DNA of 64,000 bases from the NCBI GenBank assembly GCA_965220215.1, contig OZ244809.1, forward strand, positions 666,580-730,579, in the 5' to 3' direction. The first letter of the stretch is position 1, and each line of letters begins with the position of its first letter. Below are positions 27,255 through 36,227 of this stretch, piece after piece. Under the pieces are notes generated by a model. The model had not been told where the DNA came from and made no database searches. It saw only the letters and a program-made list of their open reading frames with translations. The stretch is from Dehalococcoidia bacterium. Lineage in GTDB: Bacteria; Chloroflexota; Dehalococcoidia; SHYD01. Position numbers and translations under genes: made by a program.

Positions 27255-28628
27255 ATGAATGTCCTTGTCATCGGGTCCGGCGCAAGGGAGCACGCCATCG
27301 CTTGGAAGCTGGCGCAGAGCCCCCGCGTACGGAACATCTACGTAGCGCCCGGCAACGCAGGCACTGCGCTCGTTGCCTGCAACATGCCCATAAAGGAGAG
27401 CGATACTGATGGACTGCTGCGCGCCGCTCGGGACAATGGCGTCGATCTCACGATAGTGGGCCCGGAAGTGCCGCTGGCGGAGGGTATTGTGGACACCTTC
27501 CAGGAGCAGCGCATGCCAATCTTCGGCCCCACGCGGAACGCGGCCCGCATCGAGTCCAGCAAATCCTTCGCTAAAGACCTCATGCAACGCCACGGCGTCC
27601 CCTGCGCCCAGAGCCAGACCTTCGACCGGATGGACGCGGCAATGGCCTACATTGCGGAGATGGGACTGCCCATCGTCATCAAGGCAGACGGACTGGCAGC
27701 GGGCAAGGGGGTTTCTATCTGCTTCACCCATGAAGAAGCCACCACAGCCCTTGAAGATGCCCTGGTTCGCCGCACCTTTGGCATGGCCGGCGCAAAGGTC
27801 GTGGTTGAGGAGTACCTGGAAGGCCCGGAGGCCAGCTTGCTTGCCTTCTGCGACGGCAAGACGGTGCTCCCTATGACTCCCGCCGCGGACTACAAGCGCG
27901 CCTATGACTACGACCAGGGTCCCAACACCGGCGGCATGGGCGCATATAGCCCACCACCCTACTTTGGTCAGGCACAGGTGGACGAAGCCAAACGCACCAT
28001 CCTTGAACCGATAGTGCACGCCCTGGCAGAGGAGGGCTCGCCCTTTGTGGGGGTGCTCTTTGCCGGTCTAATGGTCACCTCCAGAGGGCTGCGGGTGTTG
28101 GAGTTCAACTGCCGTTTTGGAGACCCGGAGAGCCAAGTAGTGCTCCCTAGGCTGAAGACAGACTTACTTAGTGTGGTGGAGGCATGCCTGCAAGGGCGGC
28201 TGGACACCATCACGTTGGAGTGGGACTCCCAGGCCAGCGTGGGCGTGGTGGTTGCCTCCGAGGGGTACCCCCGCGAGTATAAAACGGGCTACGGTATCAC
28301 CGGTCTTGATCAGTTGGCGGACGGCATTCGAGTGTTTCACAGCGGCACCGCCGCCCGCTCCATGCAGAATCGCGACGGCGGCCCGAACCTCCCCGGCGGC
28401 TCGGTGGAAGAGCGGCTGGGTGGCAATATCGTTACCGCGGGTGGGCGCGTGCTCACGGTGGTCGCGATGGGCCAGACGCTGGAAGAGATACGGGAGCGCG
28501 TCTACCAGAACGTCGATCTCATCCGCTTCGAGGGCGCCTTCTCTCGCCGCGACATCGGCATTCCGTCCGGCAGCGCCCCCAGCGCTCCCCCAATAGCAGT
28601 GTCATCCCCAGAACAACCGGCCACTTAG
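27255..28628 (+). CDS. purD: Phosphoribosylamine--glycine ligase
   Basis: MNVLVIGSGAREHAIAWKLAQSPRV... is the PurD ATP-grasp protein. Confidence 0.9.
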   Translation: MNVLVIGSGAREHAIAWKLAQSPRVRNIYVAPGNAGTALVACNMPIKESDTDGLLRAARDNGVDLTIVGPEVPLAEGIVDTFQEQRMPIFGPTRNAARIESSKSFAKDLMQRHGVPCAQSQTFDRMDAAMAYIAEMGLPIVIKADGLAAGKGVSICFTHEEATTALEDALVRRTFGMAGAKVVVEEYLEGPEASLLAFCDGKTVLPMTPAADYKRAYDYDQGPNTGGMGAYSPPPYFGQAQVDEAKRTILEPIVHALAEEGSPFVGVLFAGLMVTSRGLRVLEFNCRFGDPESQVVLPRLKTDLLSVVEACLQGRLDTITLEWDSQASVGVVVASEGYPREYKTGYGITGLDQLADGIRVFHSGTAARSMQNRDGGPNLPGGSVEERLGGNIVTAGGRVLTVVAMGQTLEEIRERVYQNVDLIRFEGAFSRRDIGIPSGSAPSAPPIAVSSPEQPAT

Positions 28629-28638
28629 GAGAGTTAGT

Positions 28639-29103
28639 ATGCCATTAGTAGGTGTTGTCCTTGGCAGCCGCTCCGACGAGCCTGTGATGAAGGCCTGCAC
28701 AGAGCTGCTGGAACGGTACGGCATTTCATACGAGGTGAAGGTCATGTCCGCCCACCGGGTGCCGGACATGGTCAAGGAGTATGCCAGCACGGCGCGCGAG
28801 CGGGGTATCCAGCTCTTCATCGCTGCAGCGGGCGGCGCAGCCCACCTGCCGGGCGTGCTGGCAAGCTGGAGCACCCTCCCCATCATCGGCGTGCCCCTGG
28901 CCTCCAGCGAGCTAAAGGGGATAGACTCCCTGTACAGCATCGTGCAGATGCCGCCGGGCATTCCCGTAGCCACAGTCTCTGTGGGCGAGTGGGGCGCTCG
29001 CAACGCCGCCCACCTTTCGGCACAGATCCTGGGCCTGCAGAACGAAGCTATCCGCGCTGCCTACGACGCCTACCGCGCAGAGCAAGCGGCTGCCTATAAG
29101 TAA
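28639..29103 (+). CDS. purE: N5-carboxyaminoimidazole ribonucleotide mutase
   Basis: PLVGVVLGSRSDEPVM...SAHRVPDMV...AAGGAAHLPGVLAS is the PurE signature. Confidence 0.9.
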   Translation: MPLVGVVLGSRSDEPVMKACTELLERYGISYEVKVMSAHRVPDMVKEYASTARERGIQLFIAAAGGAAHLPGVLASWSTLPIIGVPLASSELKGIDSLYSIVQMPPGIPVATVSVGEWGARNAAHLSAQILGLQNEAIRAAYDAYRAEQAAAYK

Positions 29104-29137
29104 CATGGCTCACGAACAACTGGGCCTAGGTATCGCC

Positions 29138-29219
29138 GTTCATGGTGAGCTTGGCGAATCCATGAACCGGACTAGCGTCCGGGCGCTGCCCATCCTTCGA
29201 CAGCCTCAGGATGAGCGGG
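29138..29219. repeat. Degenerate copy of the REP/MITE-like palindromic element (family of GTCATTCTGAG...CTCAGAATGAC)
   Basis: The left arm GTTCATGGTGAGCTTGGCGAATCC and right arm CTTCGACAGCCTCAGGATGAGCGG resemble the family consensus. Confidence 0.4.
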
Positions 29220-29253
29220 CTGCTCGGCTTAAAACGGACTATCAGGGGGAACA

Positions 29254-29523
29254 ATGCTAACAAAACTACTCGGCTTAATTGCTGGAATGGCGCTGGTTGC
29301 AGACGGCTTGCTGGCTATCTTCTCGCCGGAAAAGTGGAGAGAGTACTGGCGGGAGATTGCCACCTACCTCCCCGGCGGCGCCGCCGAATACCTTGACGAA
29401 GTGGTGCAGGTAACAGAGAAGCACAGGGAGCAGTCGCCGGGAACCGTTATGGGCTTGTTCGCCCTAAGGACGGTCCTGGGGGTGATGCTCGTGAAACTCG
29501 CCCTGCGCTCTCGCTGGCGATAG
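29254..29523 (+). CDS. Hypothetical small membrane protein
   Basis: 89-aa ORF with two hydrophobic segments, inserted between purE and purB. Confidence 0.4.
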   Translation: MLTKLLGLIAGMALVADGLLAIFSPEKWREYWREIATYLPGGAAEYLDEVVQVTEKHREQSPGTVMGLFALRTVLGVMLVKLALRSRWR

Positions 29524-29552
29524 TCTCACATAGAAGATACTGGAGCGTCTAA

Positions 29553-30848
29553 ATGATTGACCGCTACACCCGTCCGGAGATGGCCCGCATCTGGAACGAC
29601 GAGCACAAGTTCGCGCAATGGCTGCGGGTGGAAGTCGCCGCCTGCGAAGCCTGGGCCGACATAGGCGTAGTCCCGCGAGAAGCGGCGGAGAAGATCGCCC
29701 GGACCGCCAGCTTCCGCATCGGGGACATCAACCGCTATGAGCAGGAGATGCACCACGATATGAATGCCTTCCTGCGCTCGGTCAGTGACAGCCTAGGCGA
29801 AGAGTCCCGTTGGGTCCATCTTGGTCTCACCTCCTACGACACTGAGGATCCGGCCACTGCCCTGCGCTTGGTAGATGCCGCCAACATCCTCTTGGAAGAC
29901 CTACGGCGCTTGGACGAGGCCATCGCCACACGAGCCCTGGAGTTTAAGGACACTATCTGCATGGGCCGCAGCCACGGCATGCACGCGGAACCCATCACCT
30001 TTGGCCTCAAACTGCTGAACTGGCTGGACGAAGTCCGCCGCGGCGTTGAGCGTTTAGAGGCAGCGAAGAAGGATATTGCCGTGGGGAAGATAAGCGGCCC
30101 CGTTGGCAGCCATGCCACCGTTCCCCCAGAGCTTGAAGTCCGGATCTGCGAGCGCCTTGGCCTAGGCGTGGACAACGTCAGCACCCAGATCGTCTCACGA
30201 GACCGCCACGCGCACTTCATCCAGACTCTGGCTCTTATCGGCGCTTCTTTGGAGCGGTTCGCCACGGAGGTGCGCCACCTGCAACGCAGCGAGGTTGGCG
30301 AGGCGGAGGAGCCGTTTCAGGAAGGTCAGCAGGGCTCCAGCTCCATGCCCCACAAGCGTAATCCGGAGAAGGCTGAGCGCGTCTGCGGCCTGGCGCGAGT
30401 GCTGAGGGCTAACTCCATCGCCGCGCTGGAGGACATCGCCCTGTGGCACGAGCGCGATATCTCTCAGTCTAGTGTGGAACGCATAATCTTCCCCGACTCC
30501 TGCCTTGCGCTGGACTACATGCTGGCGCTCTTCACCGACATCGTACGCGGCCTGGTGGTCTACCCGGAGCGTATGCAGGAGAACCTGGAGCTTACCAAGG
30601 GTGTTGTGTTTTCCCAGCGCTGCCTGCTGGCGCTGGTAGAGGCGGGGATGAGCCGCCAGGTTGCATATCCAATCATCCAGCGAGCGAGCCACGCGGCCCT
30701 GGCGCAACGCCGTCCCTTCCGCGAGACCATTGCTGAAGAGCCCGAGGTAAGCTCACGCCTCACCGAGACCGACCTGGACAAGATCTTCGACTACGGCTAT
30801 TTCGTGCGAGAGGTGGACAAGAGCTTCGCCCGTATGGGGCTGAACTGA
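29553..30848 (+). CDS. purB: Adenylosuccinate lyase
   Basis: MIDRYTRPEMARIWNDEHKFAQWLRVEVAACEAWA... is the PurB family. Confidence 0.9.
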   Translation: MIDRYTRPEMARIWNDEHKFAQWLRVEVAACEAWADIGVVPREAAEKIARTASFRIGDINRYEQEMHHDMNAFLRSVSDSLGEESRWVHLGLTSYDTEDPATALRLVDAANILLEDLRRLDEAIATRALEFKDTICMGRSHGMHAEPITFGLKLLNWLDEVRRGVERLEAAKKDIAVGKISGPVGSHATVPPELEVRICERLGLGVDNVSTQIVSRDRHAHFIQTLALIGASLERFATEVRHLQRSEVGEAEEPFQEGQQGSSSMPHKRNPEKAERVCGLARVLRANSIAALEDIALWHERDISQSSVERIIFPDSCLALDYMLALFTDIVRGLVVYPERMQENLELTKGVVFSQRCLLALVEAGMSRQVAYPIIQRASHAALAQRRPFRETIAEEPEVSSRLTETDLDKIFDYGYFVREVDKSFARMGLN

Positions 30849-30862
30849 TGACCACGAGCAGC

Positions 30863-30948
30863 GTCATTCAGAGCCTGCCTACCGCAGGCAGGCAAAGCTA
30901 AGAATCCAATTTAGCCTGGATTTTCTTAGGCGCCTTCCTCTGAATGAC
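30863..30948. repeat. REP/MITE-like nested palindromic element, copy A
   Basis: GTCATTCAGAGC...CTAAGAATCC...GGATTTTCTTAGG...CTCTGAATGAC. The ATG of the next ORF lies inside the right arm. Confidence 0.65.
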
Positions 30949-31468
30949 AGAGCACCCACTCCTTGCCAAGCTCACCGGCGGTGACCGGCGCTCCATCGGC
31001 CGCAGCAACGAGGTGGCTGCGGAGGCGCAGGCACACCCGGAGCTGATCCCTGTCCTGGTTGAGGGCCTGTCCTCGGAAGATTTGCTTATTCGCATGCGCG
31101 CCGGTGACGCCCTGGAGAAGGCCACCCGCCAGCGCCCGGACCTCCTCGAACCCCATCGCTCTCTACTGCTCTCCCTCGCGGTCACGACAACAGAGCAGGA
31201 ACTGAGGTGGAGCCTGGCACAGATGCTGCCGCGCATCCAATGGAGCGCGGAAGATCGCAAAAAACTCGTGGAAACCCTCTTCGGGTATTTGGCAGACAAG
31301 AGTACAATAGTTAAAGTAATGGCTCTCCAAGCCCTCAGTGATCTCACGCGCCAGGACCCGTCGCTTACCTCAACCGTGGTCCAGGCCATCCACCAAGAAT
31401 CCGTAGCCGGACGTCCCGCGGTGCAAGCGCGGGGACGTAAGCTACTACGAATACTAGAGAAGAGGTAA
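30944..31468 (+). CDS. Hypothetical HEAT-repeat-like protein
   Basis: 174-aa helical repeat protein between purB and purC. The start may lie downstream, because the annotated ATG is inside a repeat element. Confidence 0.45.
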   Translation: MTEHPLLAKLTGGDRRSIGRSNEVAAEAQAHPELIPVLVEGLSSEDLLIRMRAGDALEKATRQRPDLLEPHRSLLLSLAVTTTEQELRWSLAQMLPRIQWSAEDRKKLVETLFGYLADKSTIVKVMALQALSDLTRQDPSLTSTVVQAIHQESVAGRPAVQARGRKLLRILEKR

Positions 31469-31470
31469 CC

Positions 31471-32373
31471 ATGGCTCTATTGCTGGAAACCCGCCTGCCT
31501 AATCTATTCCGCCGGGGCAAAGTCCGGGACACCTATGACCTGGGGGATAAGCTCCTCATGGTCGCCACAGACCGTATCTCCGCTTTTGACGTGGTGCTGC
31601 CCACAGGCATCCCCGACAAGGGCGCGGTGCTCACCCAGCTCTCTGCCTTCTGGTTCGACAGGCTGGGCCATCTAGCGCCGAACCACTTCGACACCCTTAT
31701 CACCAGCGCCGACCAGTTGGAGCCCTACCGCGATATCCTGGGCGCGGACAACGATCTGGAGGACCTCGTAGGCCGCTCTATGCTGGTTCGCAGGGCAGAA
31801 CCCATCCTAGTCGAGTGTGTAGTGCGCGGCTACATCTCCGGCTCCGGCTGGGCCGAGTACAAGGACCGCGGCACCCTGGCAGAAGTAGAGCTGCCCGGCG
31901 GCATGCGGGAGAGCGAAGAGTTGGACGAACCCCACTTTACACCGGCCACCAAAGCGGACAGCGGCCATGACGAGAACATCTCAATTGGGGAGATGGCGAA
32001 CATGCTGGGGAGCGACCTCACAGAGACGCTCCGCCGCTACAGCGTCAGCCTCTACGAGCACGCGCGGGTCTATGCCCGCGGCAAGGGCATCATCATTGCG
32101 GACACCAAATTCGAGTTCGGTATCGCGGACGATAAAGTCATACTCATTGACGAAGTGCTGACGCCCGACAGCAGCCGCTTCTGGGGCACGCGGGACTACC
32201 GGCCCGGCATAGCGCCGCCCAGCTTCGATAAGCAGTACGTGCGGGACTGGTTAGTGGCCAGCGGCTGGGACAAAGAGCCGCCCGCGCCGGAGTTGCCAGC
32301 GGACGTGGTGGCCCGTACCACCGAGAAGTACCGCGAAGCTTACGAACGACTGGCTGGACATCCCCTTTCGTAA
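31471..32373 (+). CDS. purC: Phosphoribosylaminoimidazole-succinocarboxamide synthase
   Basis: GKVRDTYDLGDKLLMVATDRISAFDVVLPTGIPDKG is the SAICAR synthetase signature. Confidence 0.9.
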   Translation: MALLLETRLPNLFRRGKVRDTYDLGDKLLMVATDRISAFDVVLPTGIPDKGAVLTQLSAFWFDRLGHLAPNHFDTLITSADQLEPYRDILGADNDLEDLVGRSMLVRRAEPILVECVVRGYISGSGWAEYKDRGTLAEVELPGGMRESEELDEPHFTPATKADSGHDENISIGEMANMLGSDLTETLRRYSVSLYEHARVYARGKGIIIADTKFEFGIADDKVILIDEVLTPDSSRFWGTRDYRPGIAPPSFDKQYVRDWLVASGWDKEPPAPELPADVVARTTEKYREAYERLAGHPLS

Positions 32374-32391
32374 GCCAAGCCGCTAGCTGTT

Positions 32392-32712
32392 ATGGAGGAT
32401 CTACAAACTGTCATTGAGCAGTATATGGATAGCCTGCCGGAGTGCACCCAAAAACACGCCTTCGGCTTCTTGTGCTACTTTGCCAAAGGCCGCGTCTTTG
32501 GCATGTACGACGGGATTGCGCTGACCTTAAAGTTCGATAAGCCCACCGGCGACGATCTGCTCAAGCTCCGGATGGGCAAACGCTTCCGACACGCTACTAA
32601 TGCCTTTGGCCGCTCCTGGATCCGGGTCTACCCGGAAAAGATGGAGTCCGACGAAGTGGTGGAAACCCTGATAAAGCAAAGCTATGACTACGTGATAGAG
32701 AGCAAAGAATGA
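32392..32712 (+). CDS. Hypothetical protein, TfoX-N/YjbR-like pattern
   Basis: HAFGFLCYFAKGRVFGMYDGIALTLKFDKP resembles the TfoX N-terminal domain. GC is lower than the flanks. The ATGA overlap gives stop/start coupling with purS. Confidence 0.45.
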   Translation: MEDLQTVIEQYMDSLPECTQKHAFGFLCYFAKGRVFGMYDGIALTLKFDKPTGDDLLKLRMGKRFRHATNAFGRSWIRVYPEKMESDEVVETLIKQSYDYVIESKE

Positions 32713-32981
32713 GCTTCTATTTAGGCAAGGTTGTTGTTACGCCCAAGCCAGCAGTGAACGACCCGCAGGGGGTCACTATCACCGGCGGCCTTCATGCGCT
32801 GGGGTTCCGCTCCGTGCAGCAGGTGCGCATGGGCAAGTACCTGGAGGTGCAGCTAGAGGCCGCCGATCAGGCAGAGGCGCAGACTCAGCTAGAAGAGATG
32901 TGCAGTAAGCTGCTGTCTAACACCGTTATCGAAGATTTCCGCTTCGACCTGGAAGAGGTCGCAGCGCCCGCCGCTCCTTAG
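32709..32981 (+). CDS. purS: Phosphoribosylformylglycinamidine synthase subunit PurS
   Basis: MSFYLGKVVVTPKPAVNDPQGVTITGGLHALGF...YLEVQLEA is the PurS family. Confidence 0.85.
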   Translation: MSFYLGKVVVTPKPAVNDPQGVTITGGLHALGFRSVQQVRMGKYLEVQLEAADQAEAQTQLEEMCSKLLSNTVIEDFRFDLEEVAAPAAP

Positions 32982-33001
32982 TTCCGTCTCGCGCTGGAAG
33001 C

Positions 33002-33107
33002 GAGAACGACGCCCCGCGTCATTCTGAGCAAAGCGAAGCATCCACACTTAAGAGGCTTCTGGGAACCTTAAGTGGATTCTTCGGTCGCTCCGCTTCCTCA
33101 GAATGAC
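33002..33107. repeat. REP/MITE-like nested palindromic element, copy B
   Basis: GAGAACGACGCCCCGC-GTCATTCTGAGCAAAGCGAAGCATCCACACTTAAG...CTTAAGTGGATTCTTCGGTCGCTCCGCTTCCTCAGAATGAC. Confidence 0.75.
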
Positions 33108-33123
33108 AGTTAGGCCTGGAAGA

Positions 33124-33208
33124 GGGAACGACGCCCCTTGTCATTCTGAGCAAAGCGAAGAATCCACCTTAAGAGGCTTCTTCGGTCGTTATGCTTCCTC
33201 AGAATGAC
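33124..33208. repeat. REP/MITE-like nested palindromic element, copy C (tandem to copy B)
   Basis: GGGAACGACGCCCCTT-GTCATTCTGAGCAAAGCGAAGAATCCACCTTAAGAGGCTTCTTCGGTCGTTATGCTTCCTCAGAATGAC. Confidence 0.75.
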
Positions 33209-33217
33209 ATACCGAAG

Positions 33218-34492
33218 CTATATCTCTACCTCCCGCACCTCTCGCACGCGCTTGCCGATGAAGAGCACTCCCGCGAGCACGAAGAAGGCTTCGCCCGCGA
33301 TGGTGAAGGGCGCCCCGATAACCGAGGCGATGGCGCCCGCTTGAATCGCCCCCAGGGCCGGCGCGCCGATGATGAACATCATCCGTATGCTCTCGATGCG
33401 GCCGCGTAGCTGGTCGGGCGTGACAAGCAGCAAGATGGTGTTGCGGAAGGTCACGTTTACCTGGTCCAGCGCCCCCAGCAGCGCCACTACAAATATAGAG
33501 AGGGCAAAGATGGGTGAAAGCCCAAAGGCAATGAGCGCCAGACCGTAGCAGAGGAGCGCACCCAGCACCATGCGCCCCTTGTGACGCACCCAAGTCAGGT
33601 TCAGCACCGTTAGCACACCCAGTACCGCGCCGCCGCCGTTGGCAGCCAGGAGCATACCCAGTCCCTGGGGACCTACGTGCAGCACATCTTCTGCGAACAC
33701 CGGCATCAGCGGCTCGAACGCGCCGAAGAAGGTGGCGACCGCGTCCAGCATGAGCAGCGAGAGGATGATTGGGGTCCCCAGCATAAACGTTAGCCCCTCC
33801 CGCATAAGATGAATCATGTTCTGCGGCTGGTCTTCCTGTTTGGCGATTGCGGAGGGCAGCCCCAGCGCCACTATAAAGGAGAGCACGTAGAGCACCACGT
33901 TGAGTATGAAGGTACCGGATACTCCTATGGTAGCCAGCAGCAAGCCGGCAACACCTGGCCCCATCGTGCGGGTGAGCTGGTTGTTTACCGAGTTCAGTAA
34001 GATGGCGCCCGTCACCTGTTGTGGCGGCAGAATAGTGGGAAGCAACGCCACCTGAGAAGGCCGCTCCATCACACTGCCTGCGGTGCTCAAGAAGGTGGCG
34101 CCATAGAGGTGCCACACGTTCAGGACACCGGCAAGCTGTAATGCCACCAGCCCGCAACCGAGCACTACACGGAAGACCTGTGTGAGCAGAATCAGCTTCT
34201 TGCGGTCGAACTTGTCTGCCAGCGAGCCGCCCGCCAGGGAGAAGAGCAGCAGCGGTACCACCTGGAACGCGCCTAACAGTCCGAGCATGAAAGGAGAACC
34301 GGTCAGATCGTAGACCAGATAGAGGCTCATGACCCGCAGCCCTTGTTGCCCTAACTGGGCAAAGAACGCGGAGACCCAAAGCAGTCGGTAGCGCGGATTG
34401 GCCAGCGCCCAGATGGGATGCGTACGCTTGGGATCAGAAGGTGGTGCGGTCTCCGACGGAGTGTCGGACGGGGACGATGGAGGGTCTGCCAT
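33218..34492 (-). CDS. MFS transporter
   Basis: 424 aa with 12 predicted hydrophobic helices and an MFS-like N-terminus. The overlapping 396-aa ORF in another frame is a shadow. Confidence 0.8.
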   Translation of the reverse strand: MADPPSSPSDTPSETAPPSDPKRTHPIWALANPRYRLLWVSAFFAQLGQQGLRVMSLYLVYDLTGSPFMLGLLGAFQVVPLLLFSLAGGSLADKFDRKKLILLTQVFRVVLGCGLVALQLAGVLNVWHLYGATFLSTAGSVMERPSQVALLPTILPPQQVTGAILLNSVNNQLTRTMGPGVAGLLLATIGVSGTFILNVVLYVLSFIVALGLPSAIAKQEDQPQNMIHLMREGLTFMLGTPIILSLLMLDAVATFFGAFEPLMPVFAEDVLHVGPQGLGMLLAANGGGAVLGVLTVLNLTWVRHKGRMVLGALLCYGLALIAFGLSPIFALSIFVVALLGALDQVNVTFRNTILLLVTPDQLRGRIESIRMMFIIGAPALGAIQAGAIASVIGAPFTIAGEAFFVLAGVLFIGKRVREVREVEI

Positions 34493-34506
34493 TCGGCAAT
34501 ACTACA

Positions 34507-35109
34507 CTAAAGGACGCCTTTTGTACTGGGCACGCTGCCGCCGCGCCGCTCGTCAATGCGCGTAGCCATATCCAGCGCGCGGGCAAGGCCTTTGAACATG
34601 GCCTCGGCAACGTGGTGGCCGTCCTCACCGCTAAAGACGTGCACGTGTAGGTTGTTGCGGCTCTCCCTGGCAAAGGTTTCCAGGAAGTGATGCACTAACT
34701 CCTTGGACAACTGGCCTATCGGTCCGCTGGGCAGCGGGCCCTCCAGCACCGCATAGCCGCGCCCGCTGAGGTCGACGGCCACCATAGCGAGGGCCTCATC
34801 CAGCGGCACGATGGCGTGGCCCATGCGCACGATGCCGGCGCGGTCACCCAGGGCTTTGTCAAAGGTCTGCCCCAGGACGATGGCGATGTCCTCAACCGTG
34901 TGGTGAGCGTCGATGCGCTCGAAGTCGCCTGTTGCCTTTATCGTTATGTCGAATAGCCCGTGGCGTCCGAGTTGCTCCAGCAGGTGGTCCAACATCCCGA
35001 TGCCGGTGGAGACAGCAACATCGCCGCTGCCGTCCAGCGCGATCTCAACGGAGACCTCCGTCTCTCTGGTCTTGCGGTGCATCTCCGCTTTGCGCGGGGT
35101 GTCTGACAT
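34507..35109 (-). CDS. hisB: Imidazoleglycerol-phosphate dehydratase
   Basis: RKTRETEVSVEIALDGSG...GIGMLDHLLEQL...HHTVEDIAIVLG is the IGPD family. Confidence 0.9.
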   Translation of the reverse strand: MSDTPRKAEMHRKTRETEVSVEIALDGSGDVAVSTGIGMLDHLLEQLGRHGLFDITIKATGDFERIDAHHTVEDIAIVLGQTFDKALGDRAGIVRMGHAIVPLDEALAMVAVDLSGRGYAVLEGPLPSGPIGQLSKELVHHFLETFARESRNNLHVHVFSGEDGHHVAEAMFKGLARALDMATRIDERRGGSVPSTKGVL

Positions 35110-35111
35110 CT

Positions 35112-36227
35112 TTACAGCTCCTTGAGGGCGGCCAGCACTGCGTCCGTGTGCTCCGGCTTGCCCGTGCTGATGCGAATTGCGTTGGGTAAGTAGGGGCTAT
35201 CCACGCGTTTGATGAAGATACCGCGCCGCTCCAGCTCATTCTTTAGCGCAGCGGCGTCCCGGCCATCAACCTTGCACAGAAGAAAGTTCGCTTCCGAGGG
35301 AATGGGTTCTAGGTAGGAGATGCCCTGCAGCGCCTGGAACATACGGCCACGTTCCTGCACCATCAACCCCACTCGCTTCAGGAGGAGGTCGCGCTCTTCA
35401 AGGGATACCTGAGCGGCTACCAAACCCGCTACATTCACATTGTACGGCGGCTTGATCAGGTCGATGAGGGAGACTAAGGCGGGCGTAAGCGCGCCATAGC
35501 CCACCCGAAGGCCGGCCAAACCCGCCCACTTGGAGAAGGTGCGCAGCACCACCAAGTTCTCATGCTCCCGCACCAACGGCGCGTAGGAGGGGGCTGCGCT
35601 GAACTCCTGGTAGGCCTCGTCCACCACCACCAGTATTCCAGTGTCCAGGAGCACATCTAGCTCATCCGAGCGCAGCGGGTTGCCCGTAGGATTATTTGGA
35701 GACGCCAGGAAGATAATTTTGCTGTTCGGTTGCTTTGCCGCCGCAAGCAGCGGCTCCATGTCCAGAGTAAAATCCGCCTTGCGAGGCACGTCCACCACGC
35801 GACCGCCTACTACTTGAGTGGTGAAAGGGTACATACCGAAGGTGGGGCTGCAGGTGAGGATGGCATCGCCGGGCTCCACCAGCAGCCGGGCGAGCAGGTC
35901 GATTAGCTCGTCGGAGCCGCTGCCCACGGCTATCTCCTCAGCCGCGACGCCAAGGTAGCCTGCTAGGCCCAGGCGCAGCTCCCGCTGGCTGGGGTCGGGA
36001 TAGATGTGATACGCATCGTATTGCTGGAGCGCCGCCAGGGCGCGTGGCGCAGGGCCGTAGGGATTCTCATTCCCGTCCAGCTTAATGACCCCCTCCTGAG
36101 ACAGTCCGCCCTCCTTGCTCAGGATGTCCGTGGGGACTATGGGCACGTAGGGCGTCAGTTCCTGATAGTGCTTGCGGATGGCGGAGCGGAGGCGCTCGCT
36201 CTTGATGCCTTGGGGTGTCTCGGTCAC
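35112..36227 (-). CDS. hisC: Histidinol-phosphate aminotransferase
   Basis: Class II aminotransferase; LDGNENPYGP, the PLP-lysine region and the his-operon context. Confidence 0.9.
   Translation of the reverse strand: MTETPQGIKSERLRSAIRKHYQELTPYVPIVPTDILSKEGGLSQEGVIKLDGNENPYGPAPRALAALQQYDAYHIYPDPSQRELRLGLAGYLGVAAEEIAVGSGSDELIDLLARLLVEPGDAILTCSPTFGMYPFTTQVVGGRVVDVPRKADFTLDMEPLLAAAKQPNSKIIFLASPNNPTGNPLRSDELDVLLDTGILVVVDEAYQEFSAAPSYAPLVREHENLVVLRTFSKWAGLAGLRVGYGALTPALVSLIDLIKPPYNVNVAGLVAAQVSLEERDLLLKRVGLMVQERGRMFQALQGISYLEPIPSEANFLLCKVDGRDAAALKNELERRGIFIKRVDSPYLPNAIRISTGKPEHTDAVLAALKEL

Noticed and set aside
33189-34379. 396-aa ORF in an alternative frame overlapping the MFS transporter gene
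   Set aside because: The translation is Arg/Ala/Gly-rich nonsense typical of high-GC shadow frames. The overlapping 424-aa frame gives a coherent 12-helix MFS protein.
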